Positions 18,187 to 26,155 of a stretch of DNA of 26,155 nucleotides are shown piece after piece (position 1 is the stretch's first letter; each line of letters starts with the position of its first letter). The notes below the pieces were generated by a model. The model did no database searches. It worked only from the letters and a program-made list of their open reading frames with translations, and was not told where the DNA came from. Where the stretch lies: NCBI GenBank assembly GCA_964637135.1, contig CAZWTX010000008.1, positions 62,001-88,155 of the forward strand, read 5' to 3'. The DNA is from an uncultured Methanospirillum sp. (GTDB lineage Archaea > Halobacteriota > Methanomicrobia > Methanomicrobiales > Methanospirillaceae). Both the position numbers and the translations under genes were made by a program.

Positions 18187-18357
18187 CTATAGGCCGTGTT
18201 TTTTCCGGAGCGTTCGGGTGAACCCCGTCTCTTCCTCTGCGGGTTCCGTTTTTTTCCGGCAGGGAGTGTTGGACCTGGCCTCTTCGATACGCTCTTCACA
18301 TCGTCTGATGACAGTCTCACGAAGGTTGAGTATCTTTTTCAGGTCGGCCGGTCTCAT
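18187..18357 (-). CDS. Unannotated 56-aa charged small protein heading the ATPase operon
   Basis: Hand translation: MRPADLKKILNLRETVIRRCEERIEEARSNTPCRKKTEPAEEETGFTRTLRKKHGL*. ATG is preceded by ATAGGAA. The TAG stop overlaps the SD of atpH (TAGAGGTGA), 11 nt before its ATG. It is below the ORF-track length cut-off. Confidence 0.65.
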   Translation of the reverse strand: MRPADLKKILNLRETVIRRCEERIEEARSNTPCRKKTEPAEEETGFTRTLRKKHGL

Positions 18358-18386
18358 GGCAGTTCCTATTGACCGTCAGTTGTCGT

Positions 18387-18415
18387 TCAACCAGATATCA
18401 ATTTTGATCAACCAG
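18387..18415. promoter_or_regulatory. Candidate operator/promoter of the ATPase operon
   Basis: Direct repeat TCAACCAG at 18387 and 18408 (21-bp period) flanking the inverted repeat ATCAA-TT-TTGAT (18397-18408), 30-58 bp upstream of the small-ORF start. Confidence 0.4.
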
Positions 18416-18615
18416 CCTCTGAAATCCGAGATTCTCCCTGATCTTTTCTCTGCCAGATGGAGGGGTAGCGTGGTAAATATCCTGGATTTACCCAGAGATT
18501 TTAAAAAAAGGGTGAATATTCGAGGTTTCATAAAATTTTCCCCGCAAAACTGAGATTGATATCACAAGTTTCATATGCGTTCTGGTGCACCTTCCTTGAT
18601 AGAAGGTGTGGTGTG

Positions 18616-21085
18616 ATGCAGGTAGAAAACAAGAAAGAATGGATCCGGAATCTGCTGCAAACTGCAACGATAGGTCGTAAAATCCTGATAATCTCCATGG
18701 TACTGGTGATACTGCCGACCCTTGTCCTCGGGTACGTGGCATATACCAGTGCCTCATCGGTCATCAATGATGATATCGAGACGAATCTCAACCTCCAGGT
18801 GACCGATATCAAGGATACGACTGATTCGGTGTATACCCTTACCCAGAACAAGGTGAATGCAGACCTGAACGTGCTCAGGGAATTGTTCAAGCAAAAAGGA
18901 ACCCCTTCCATATCTGATGGAAAACTGGTTCTTGGTGGAAATTACGTTGTTAACGACAACTTCGAGGTCGTGGACAATGTTCAGGGACTGGTTGGCGGGG
19001 CCGCAACCATCTTCCAGAAGCAGGGTGACAAGGCAGTCCGCATCTCCACGAATGTCATCGGGGAGGATGGCAAGCGTGCCGTCGGGACAACCGTCTCAGA
19101 TGTGGTCTACGATGCGGTGATCAACAAGGGGCAGACCTACTATGGCCAGGCTCAGGTCGTTGGAAAACCGTATATCGCCGCATATGAACCTATCAAGGAT
19201 GCATCCGGTGAAATCATCGGGATTCTTTTCGTCGGAGTCGACGAAGAGTCCACGCTCGGTGTCCTGAAAGAGCAGATCCGGGCAAAGAAGATCGGGCAGA
19301 CCGGGTATGTGTATGTTCTTGATTCCGAGGGAAATACCATCTGTCACCCGACCAACGAAGGGAAAAATGATTCAGATCTTCCCTTCATCCAGCAGATCCT
19401 TGCACAAAAGGAAGGTATCGTTCGCTACTCCTACAATGGGGACGACAAGATAGCGGCAGTCACCTACTACGAGCCGCTTGACTGGTACATTATTGCAAAC
19501 AGCCCGTTTAGTGACTTCACCGGCCCGATCACCCGGCTTGGTACGACCATCGTCATCGTGATGATCGTCAGCATCATCGGCGGGTGCCTTATTGCAATAT
19601 TATTTGGCCGGTCGATTTCCCGGAGAATGAACGAGCTGGTCGGGCTTGCCCACCAGATCCGTGACGGGGATCTCTCCGTTGTAGTCGGAGATGACACCCA
19701 GAAGGACGAGATTGGCGTCCTGCGGCGGGCCTTCGGAGAGGTTGTGGATACGTTTGCGGCCTTCCGCGACGAGGTCAGATCGGTCAGTGTGTCAGCCGCA
19801 CAGGGCCGCCTTGACGCGAGGGGAGATATGACCCGGTTCGNNNNNNNNNNCCGGGCAGGGGCTGCGCGGTAAGCCGGGTGATTACGCCTCCATCGTGGAA
19901 GGGTTCAACGAGACGATTGATGCCATGGTGGTCCCTGTGCGGGAGGCAATGACCCTCTCCAAAAATTACGCAAACGGAGATTTCACGGCCAGGGTAAATC
20001 CAAACCTTTCACTGTCCGGAGAGTTTGTTACCTTTAAGGATGCCCTCAACACGATTGGTGAAGATGTCTCCAAGGCGCTTGTCGAAATTCAGCGTCAGGT
20101 TGGTGGTCTGAACAAGGATATGCAGGAGATATCCGAGTATGTCAACCGGGTTACCGAAGAGACAAAGGTAGCAGAGAAGAGCATCGCCGATGTTTCTGAC
20201 GGTGTCGGCCAGGTCGCACAGATTGCCGGGGCCGTCAACAGCCTTGCAGACCAGAGTGGAAATACAACCCAGCAGATCCTCGCTGCAATGCAGGATCTCT
20301 CAACGACCGTCGCCTCGGTAGCCGCAAAGATGGAGCAGGTCAGTGTTCTTACGAACAACACGGAAGAACTCTCGTCCCGCGGGAAGGAGGTTGCCGGGCG
20401 GGCAGAAGCCGGAATGTCTACGATTCTCCAGTCGTCGAGTGAAATCGAACGGATGGTCCAGGATATCAGCACCCAGATGGTTGAGATCGGCCGGATCGTT
20501 GACATCATCAGTTCCATCGCAGAACAGACGAACCTGCTCGCATTAAATGCCGCAATCGAAGCGGCACGCGCCGGTGATGCAGGTCTCGGGTTTGCCGTTG
20601 TCGCAGGCGAAGTGAAGGAACTGGCAAATGAGTCCCAGTCATCGGCTGAGAATATTGCGTCCATTATCCACGCACTCCAACAGAAGACCGGTACGATTAC
20701 CAGCGCCGTACAGGGTTCACTGAGTGAGGTAAAATCCGGGAACGAAGCAGTTTCAGAGACTCTTGAGTTATTCAACGAGATCGTCGGCCATATTGCAGAT
20801 ATAAATCGGAACATGAACGAGGCAGCCGCTGCAAGCGAGGAGCAGGCAGCATCGGTTGAAGAGGTTACCGCAACCGTGAACGAGTTCAGTGACATGGTCG
20901 CAAAGACCGCGAAAGAGGCAGTCGGGCTGGCTGCAGCAAGCGAGGAGTCATCAGAAGCCGTGCACCAGATCGTCTCCATGGTTGGCCAGGTCAACGAATC
21001 GATGAGCGATATCGGAAAGACCATGGAAGCAGCCGAACGATCGGTCCGGTCAATCAACGGTGAGATGAGTAAATTCAAGTCCTGA
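18616..21085 (+). CDS. Methyl-accepting chemotaxis protein (TM-Cache sensor-TM-HAMPs-signalling domain), split by an assembly gap
   Basis: N-part (ATG 18616): TM1, Cache 3/Cache 2-type domain ([43 protein letters not shown]), TM2, HAMP (DEIGVL). C-part: [37 protein letters not shown]. The two ORF-track pieces are complementary halves on either side of the Ns. Intactness is unknown. Confidence 0.88.
19841..19850. other. Scaffold gap (10 N) inside the chemoreceptor gene
   Basis: Run of n in the sequence; true length unknown. Confidence 0.99.
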
Positions 21086-21116
21086 TAATTTTTCTCCGAC
21101 ACTCTATCTTTTTTGG
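21086..21116 (+). terminator. Oligo-T tracts after the MCP gene, putative terminator
   Basis: taatttttctccgacactctatcttttttgg immediately after the TGA stop. Confidence 0.45.
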
Positions 21117-21179
21117 ACCTCTCTATAGTCCCCAGACTTTTCTAGGATCTTCACTATATTCTCGCTCCCTCATTACCTG

Positions 21180-22019
21180 TTGATGCGAATGTCGCAGACT
21201 GAATCTGGTTTTTCCATCTCCAGGATCATCATGCTGCTCCTGGCAGGTATCGTTACCACCCTGGCTCCCGCCGGGGTTCTGGCAGAAGAGACACTGAGTA
21301 TCTCCGGGTCAACCACTGTTCTTCCCATCATCTCGGCCGAAGCTGAGGCGTTCATGGACAAGAACCCTGACGTGGATATCCAGGTCAGCGGGGGTGGTTC
21401 CGGCGCAGGAATCAAGGCAGTGAATGCCGGAACGGTTGACATCGGGATGTCTTCCCGGGCTTTGAAGGCAGAAGAAGAGGGTGGTCTGCTCCTGATCCCG
21501 GTTGCAAAGGACGGGATTGCCATCATCGTCAACACGGCAAATCCGCTCACCACGATCACCCTTCCTGACCTGAAGAAGATCTACACCGGCGAGATCACCG
21601 GGTGGCAGGATCTTGACGGCGAGACCGGGAAGATCGAGGTTGTCGGGCGTGACAGTGCATCAGGCACGAGAGAATTCTTCTTTGAAAAGGTCCTTGATAA
21701 AGAGGATTTCACGAAGTTTATGCTTGAAAAGAACTCAAACGGGGCTGTTCAGCAGTATGTGAGCCAGACACCGGCAGCAATCGGGTATGTCGGCATGGGT
21801 TTCGAGGAGGGCGTCAAGGTCATTCCGATCACCATTGACGGAAAGGAGACCGTCGCCTCCGTCCAGACCGTAAAGTCCGGGGCATACCCGCTCTCACGTG
21901 AACTCTACCTCGTCACCAGTGGAGAGGCAAAAGGACATGCGAAAGAATTCATAGACTTTGTCCTCAGTGCCGAAGGGCAGAAGATTGCTGAGGAAGCAGG
22001 GTTTGTCGCCCTGAAGTAA
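21180..22019 (+). CDS. pstS: Phosphate ABC transporter substrate-binding protein PstS (orphan)
   Basis: Signal peptide, then ISGSTTVLPI, GGGSGAGI, DIGMSSR, VAKDGIAIIVN, GRDSASGTREFF, AIGYVG and YPLSRELY. The start may be 21183 or 21189. Confidence 0.92.
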   Translation: MMRMSQTESGFSISRIIMLLLAGIVTTLAPAGVLAEETLSISGSTTVLPIISAEAEAFMDKNPDVDIQVSGGGSGAGIKAVNAGTVDIGMSSRALKAEEEGGLLLIPVAKDGIAIIVNTANPLTTITLPDLKKIYTGEITGWQDLDGETGKIEVVGRDSASGTREFFFEKVLDKEDFTKFMLEKNSNGAVQQYVSQTPAAIGYVGMGFEEGVKVIPITIDGKETVASVQTVKSGAYPLSRELYLVTSGEAKGHAKEFIDFVLSAEGQKIAEEAGFVALK

Positions 22020-22239
22020 AAAAACCGTTGAGGAGCACTTACCCCGGGGGAGATTCCCTCCCCTGCTTCCGGTATCACTGTTCCGTTGGGATCAACACCC
22101 GTTTTTTTCTCAGCCTGTTTTCCCCATTGTACAAAAGGGATAAACAATGAGTTTTTTCTCCGAAAACCCGTTATCCGGCAGGAGTTCCGAAGGTCTGCGC
22201 CGTGCACTATATGTGAACCGGGGAGAAACCTGTACCTCT

Positions 22240-23388
22240 ATGTTTGCACAACGGCTCGATAATCTTCCTCCCTATCTGTTCGCCCGTATCGATGAGATGA
22301 AGGCGAAGAAACGGGCCGCAGGCGTTGACGTGATCGATCTCGGAGTGGGTGATCCGGATCTCGCAACCCCTCCCCATATTGTCCAGGCGCTGAACAACGC
22401 GGCGACTGACCCGGAGAATCATCACTATCCCTCCTATCTTGGAATGAAGGCCTACCGGGAGGCGGTTGCCACCTGGTATTCCCGCCGGTTCGGGGTCAGT
22501 CTGGATCCTGATTCCGAGATCATCTCCCTGATGGGGTCGAAGGATGGTGTTGCCCATATCCCCGAGGTGCTGGTCAACCCGGGGGATTATGTCCTCGCCC
22601 CGAGTCCGGGGTACCCGGTCTACAGCACGGGAGCACTCTTCGCCGAAGGAAAAGTGCATGAGATGCCCCTTCTCCGCGAGAACGAATTTTTACCCGTACT
22701 CGACGATATTCCACGGGATGTCGCGAAACAGGCAAAAATCCTCTGGATTAATTACCCGAATAACCCGACTTCCGCAATTGCCCCCCCGAAGTTTTACGAC
22801 GAGGTCGTCTCTTTTGCCAGGGAACATGGAATCGTGGTTGTCTCAGATAATGCCTACTCGGAGATCTCCTTTGACGGATACAAGGCTCCGTCCTTCCTTC
22901 AGACCGACGGGGCAGGCGAGGTGGGTATCGAGATGCACTCCCTTTCCAAGACCTACAATATGACCGGGTGGCGGATCGGGATGGCGGCTGGCAACAGCGA
23001 GGTGATCCGGGGACTTGGCATCGTGAAGACGAATATCGATTCTGGAACATTCAACCCGGTTCAATATGCTGGAATTACTGCCCTGACCGGACCGCAGGAC
23101 TGTGTGGCTGATGCCTGCCGGATCTACCAGGAACGACGGGATGTCCTGGTAAACGGCCTGAAAAATCTTGGATTTGAGATTGATCTCCCGAAAGCCACAT
23201 TCTATGTCTGGCTGAAAGTCGCTGACAGTATGGCCTTTGCTGCGAAGATGCTTGACGAGGCCGGGATCGTCGTGACACCCGGTGTCGGATTCGGCCGTTC
23301 CGGAGACGGGTACGTACGATTTGCAATAACCCGCTCGGTGGACCGGATCCGCGAGGCGCTTGACCGGATGGGTGAGTTGTCATGGTAG
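22240..23388 (+). CDS. dapL: LL-diaminopimelate aminotransferase (PLP-dependent, class I/II)
   Basis: LPPYLFARID, VIDLGVGDPD, GSKDGVAH, NYPNNPT, DNAYSEI and SLSKTYNMTGWRIG; overlaps lysA. Start set at ATG 22240, with TATA-like CTATAT at 22207-22212. Confidence 0.85.
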   Translation: MFAQRLDNLPPYLFARIDEMKAKKRAAGVDVIDLGVGDPDLATPPHIVQALNNAATDPENHHYPSYLGMKAYREAVATWYSRRFGVSLDPDSEIISLMGSKDGVAHIPEVLVNPGDYVLAPSPGYPVYSTGALFAEGKVHEMPLLRENEFLPVLDDIPRDVAKQAKILWINYPNNPTSAIAPPKFYDEVVSFAREHGIVVVSDNAYSEISFDGYKAPSFLQTDGAGEVGIEMHSLSKTYNMTGWRIGMAAGNSEVIRGLGIVKTNIDSGTFNPVQYAGITALTGPQDCVADACRIYQERRDVLVNGLKNLGFEIDLPKATFYVWLKVADSMAFAAKMLDEAGIVVTPGVGFGRSGDGYVRFAITRSVDRIREALDRMGELSW

Positions 23389-24680
23389 TGCTTCCTTCCC
23401 ACCTGACAATCCGGAACGGGCATCTCTGGATCGGGGAATGTGATGCGGTTGAGCTTGCATTCCGGTATGGATCGCCATTGTATGTCACCGACCAGAATCG
23501 GATCTGTGCAAACTATGCCGGGTACCACAAGAGCCTTACTGCAAGGTACCCGCATACCAGGATCCTCTACGCGGCAAAGGCAAATGGAAACCCAGTTATC
23601 CTGAAAATTCTTTCCCGCGCAGGAGCCGGGGCGGATGTCTTCTCCTCCGGAGAACTGTATATCGCCCTTTCTGCTGGTATGAGTCCTGAACAGCTTCTTT
23701 TCAACGGCAGCTCCAAGACAGAGGCGGATCACCGCCTTGCCGTTGAGAAAGGGGTCCGTGTCTCACTCGATTCACTCGACGAACTAGCCCAGTTGGACCG
23801 GATCGCCGGGGAAGCCGGAAAGAAGGTTGAGATTTCGTTCCGTGTCAATCCGGCCATCGAGGTACCGACCCATCCCAAGATCGCAACCGGGCTTGCCACC
23901 TCGAAGTTCGGAATCCCGGCAGACCGGATTGAGGAGGCCTATGGAGCAGCCCTAGCCTGCAGGAACGTTACCCCGGTCGGGATACACTGTCATATCGGCT
24001 CCCAGATCCTTGATATCGAGCCGTTCAGGAAAGAAGCAGAGGTGCTCATGGAGGTCATGGCAGCCCTTCATGCCATGGGGGTAAAGTTCAGGTTCGTGGA
24101 CCTCGGCGGAGGGCTCGGGGTTTCCTACCACCATGCGGATGGCGAGGTCGCCCCTTCTTTTGAAGCATATGCGGATACCGTCATCCCGGTCTGTACCCGT
24201 ATGTTTGAACGGCTTTCCATAACACCGGAGATCTGGATCGAACCGGGACGATCACTGGTCTGCGATTCTACCATCCTGCTCACCCGGGTCAACTCGGTGA
24301 AACAGGCACACAAGACCTTTGTGAATGTTGATGCCGGATTCAACCTCCTCATCAGGCCGGCCATGTATGATTCGTATCACGAGGTTCTTGTTGCGAACCG
24401 TGCAGATGCCCCATCTGCCGGAACCTGTACCGTCACCGGCCCTATTTGTGAAACGGGGGACATTATCGCTGCCGATCGGCTGCTTCCCGTGGTGGAGGCC
24501 GGTGATCTGATTGCGGTTCTCGATGCCGGTGCGTACGGGTACGCGATGGCCTCCCAGTACAACGGGCGTGGCCGGTGTGCCGAGGTCCTGGTAAACGGCA
24601 CCGAATCGGCCCTGATGCGGCGTGCGGAGACCATAGAAGACCTGCTTGCGGCAGTTGTCACCCCGCCCTGGCTGAAATGA
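23382..24680 (+). CDS. lysA: Diaminopimelate decarboxylase
   Basis: YGSPLYV, YAAKAN (PLP Lys), THPKIATGLATSKFG, HCHIGSQ, DLGGG, EPGRSLV, GPICETGD and GAYGYAMASQYN. Confidence 0.96.
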   Translation: MVVLPSHLTIRNGHLWIGECDAVELAFRYGSPLYVTDQNRICANYAGYHKSLTARYPHTRILYAAKANGNPVILKILSRAGAGADVFSSGELYIALSAGMSPEQLLFNGSSKTEADHRLAVEKGVRVSLDSLDELAQLDRIAGEAGKKVEISFRVNPAIEVPTHPKIATGLATSKFGIPADRIEEAYGAALACRNVTPVGIHCHIGSQILDIEPFRKEAEVLMEVMAALHAMGVKFRFVDLGGGLGVSYHHADGEVAPSFEAYADTVIPVCTRMFERLSITPEIWIEPGRSLVCDSTILLTRVNSVKQAHKTFVNVDAGFNLLIRPAMYDSYHEVLVANRADAPSAGTCTVTGPICETGDIIAADRLLPVVEAGDLIAVLDAGAYGYAMASQYNGRGRCAEVLVNGTESALMRRAETIEDLLAAVVTPPWLK

Positions 24681-24695
24681 AGGAGCGGTGATCCG

Positions 24696-25988
24696 GTGGT
24701 CAGGTACCATTATGCTCTGGTTGATGACCTGATCAGCCGTGAAGAGTTTGATCGTCGGATCGAACAGAAGATTGCAGAGTGCGGAAATCTGGCCGATGAG
24801 GTTGCCGCAGCCCTCCTCGTCGTCCGTGATCTCGGGCGTTCGCACGTGAAGATCCGCCAGCTCAGGGGGAAATCCTCCCTCTTCTGTTTTTATGCAAAGA
24901 TTATCGCGTTCTCCGGGGTGAAGGAGTTTGACCGGGAAGGAGGGGAGAAGGGACTTGTTGCCCGTCTGACCGTTGCTGACGAGACTGGGCAGGTTGATCT
25001 TGTCTTCTGGGATGAACAGGCGGCGGCCCTTGAGGAGACGTTCACCATCAGCGATGTCGTTGAGGTGATCGGGAGGCACGGGAGGAATCCGCGTGAGATA
25101 ATGCCGCTTAATCTCCGGATAACGACCTGCGAGATCGCCTGTGATATGATTCCAAAGGAACGGAAATCACCGGAACGGAGAGATATTGTCATTCTTATCA
25201 TCAGCCTGCAGGATCCGCGACCCTACACACGCCGTGACGGAACGTCGGGTGAGATGATTGCCGGCATCGCGGGGGATAATGCCGGGACAGGACGGCTTCT
25301 CTCCTGGAATGCATCACTCCTTACCGGCGTGAAACCGGGTATGGCGTTCAGGGCAGAAGGAGCGATCGAGAAGGAGGGTGACTATGGCGGCCGTGAGTTT
25401 GTCTTCGATGAAGAAACGGTTCTCTCCCCGGCTGACGTTCCTCCCGAAGTTCCGATGACACCGATCAGCGATATACTCCCTGACCAGACCGTTTCAGTTG
25501 CCGGGACCCTCATGCGGATTGCCCCGGCAAAACAGTTCACCCGTCGTGACGGCTCTGCCTCCTGGGTGAGAAACCTCCGGATATCTGATGGAACGGCGGA
25601 TGTCGCGCTTGTTCTCTGGGATGCCGATGCCAGGAGGCCACTCTTGGAGGGTGAAGAGATCCGGGTGTATCATGCCCTCGCAAAGATCGGGAGATCAGGT
25701 GATATCGAGATCTCGGTCGGTCGCGGGAGTTGTCTGCTCATAGTACCCCACGGAGCAGCACGGGCGGTCACGGTTGACGGAACCATACTTCATCTTCCTG
25801 ATGGTATCCGGGTTGACAATGGACGGGAGGCCTATCTTGTTGAGACCTCCCTTCCCCATGGAACCCTGGTGAGAATTCACGGATCGGTGCATGGTATCCG
25901 TCTCTTCCCTGAAAGTGAAGAAGTGCTTGAATTGTCGGCCGATGAGATAAAAAAGCGATTGGTTCGGTTTAAGTCATCCCTGGAATAG
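24696..25988 (+). CDS. Multi-OB-fold ssDNA-binding protein (replication protein A family)
   Basis: GTG start after GGAGCGGTGA; repeated OB units (KEFDREGG..VADETG..LVFWD; PYTRRDG..GDNAG..LLSWN; KQFTRRDG..ISDGT..LVLWD); directly upstream of radA. Confidence 0.82.
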   Translation: MVRYHYALVDDLISREEFDRRIEQKIAECGNLADEVAAALLVVRDLGRSHVKIRQLRGKSSLFCFYAKIIAFSGVKEFDREGGEKGLVARLTVADETGQVDLVFWDEQAAALEETFTISDVVEVIGRHGRNPREIMPLNLRITTCEIACDMIPKERKSPERRDIVILIISLQDPRPYTRRDGTSGEMIAGIAGDNAGTGRLLSWNASLLTGVKPGMAFRAEGAIEKEGDYGGREFVFDEETVLSPADVPPEVPMTPISDILPDQTVSVAGTLMRIAPAKQFTRRDGSASWVRNLRISDGTADVALVLWDADARRPLLEGEEIRVYHALAKIGRSGDIEISVGRGSCLLIVPHGAARAVTVDGTILHLPDGIRVDNGREAYLVETSLPHGTLVRIHGSVHGIRLFPESEEVLELSADEIKKRLVRFKSSLE

Positions 25989-26010
25989 CCCGGTTTTCAC
26001 TTTCACCCTG

Positions 26011-26030
26011 CAAATTTTAGCCTTATATAG
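26011..26030 (+). promoter_or_regulatory. TATA box of the radA promoter
   Basis: TTATATA at 26023-26029, about 38 bp upstream of the radA ATG. Confidence 0.6.
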
Positions 26031-26066
26031 GGTTTCTGCTGACGATAGTGTGAGGCATAGAACATT

Positions 26067-26155
26067 ATGGCAGCAGAAGCATACAAAATTGAGGACATTC
26101 CTGGTGTCGGTCCGACCACCGCAGAGAAGCTCCGCGAAGCAGGATACGAGACAGT
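26067..26155 (+). CDS. radA: DNA repair and recombination protein RadA, 5' fragment
   Basis: [29 protein letters not shown].. is the N-terminal HhH motif of RadA/Rad51; adjacent to RPA; truncated by the window edge. Confidence 0.85.
   Translation, partial: MAAEAYKIEDIPGVGPTTAEKLREAGYET

Noticed and set aside
18218..18553. 111-aa plus-strand ORF between the ATPase operon and the MCP gene
   Set aside because: No recognisable features, crosses the AT-rich promoter region, and is antisense to the better supported 56-aa ORF.
20095..21102. 335-aa antisense ORF
   Set aside because: Codon-register mirror of the MCP signalling domain, Ser/Ala-rich with no motif; a common shadow ORF.
21103..21157. 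TCTA at exact 19-bp spacing upstream of pstS as a Pho-box-like array
   Set aside because: Four-base unit, not helically phased; compatible with chance.
1..26155. CRISPR array, tRNA/rRNA, transposase, integrase or defence genes
   Set aside because: No regularly spaced repeats or recognisable motifs; intergenic regions are short and nearly all sequence is explained by the listed genes.

Overview
This looks like a chromosomal segment of a methanogenic archaeon, most likely Methanomicrobiales. The basis is the A1AO/V-type ATPase operon, GGAGGTG ribosome-binding sites, TATA promoters, Rec-PAS-kinase hybrids, and dapL-lysA-RPA-radA. Left part: a CHAD-domain gene running off the left edge (absent from the ORF track), a TsaA/TrmO-like gene, an orphan cheW with a structured leader, an MBL hydrolase, a flavin reductase, an Ig-like secreted protein, and two divergent receiver-PAS-histidine kinases sharing a palindromic spacer. 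Middle: a complete nine-subunit A/V-type ATPase operon (H-I-K-E-C-F-A-B-D). It has non-canonical features: P-loop GGFGTGKT, a c-subunit with an extra Glu, and an extended D. It is headed by an unannotated 56-aa ORF and ends in an overlapping msrB. Right part: a Cache-domain chemoreceptor interrupted by a 10-N assembly gap plus apparently foreign sequence, an orphan pstS, then dapL, lysA, an OB-fold RPA gene and the start of radA. No rRNA, tRNA, CRISPR array or transposase was recognised. The best candidate for an undescribed system is the extended accessory ATPase operon (small ORF + atypical A/V-ATPase + MsrB with a phased operator). The chemoreceptor-PstS pairing is the second candidate.
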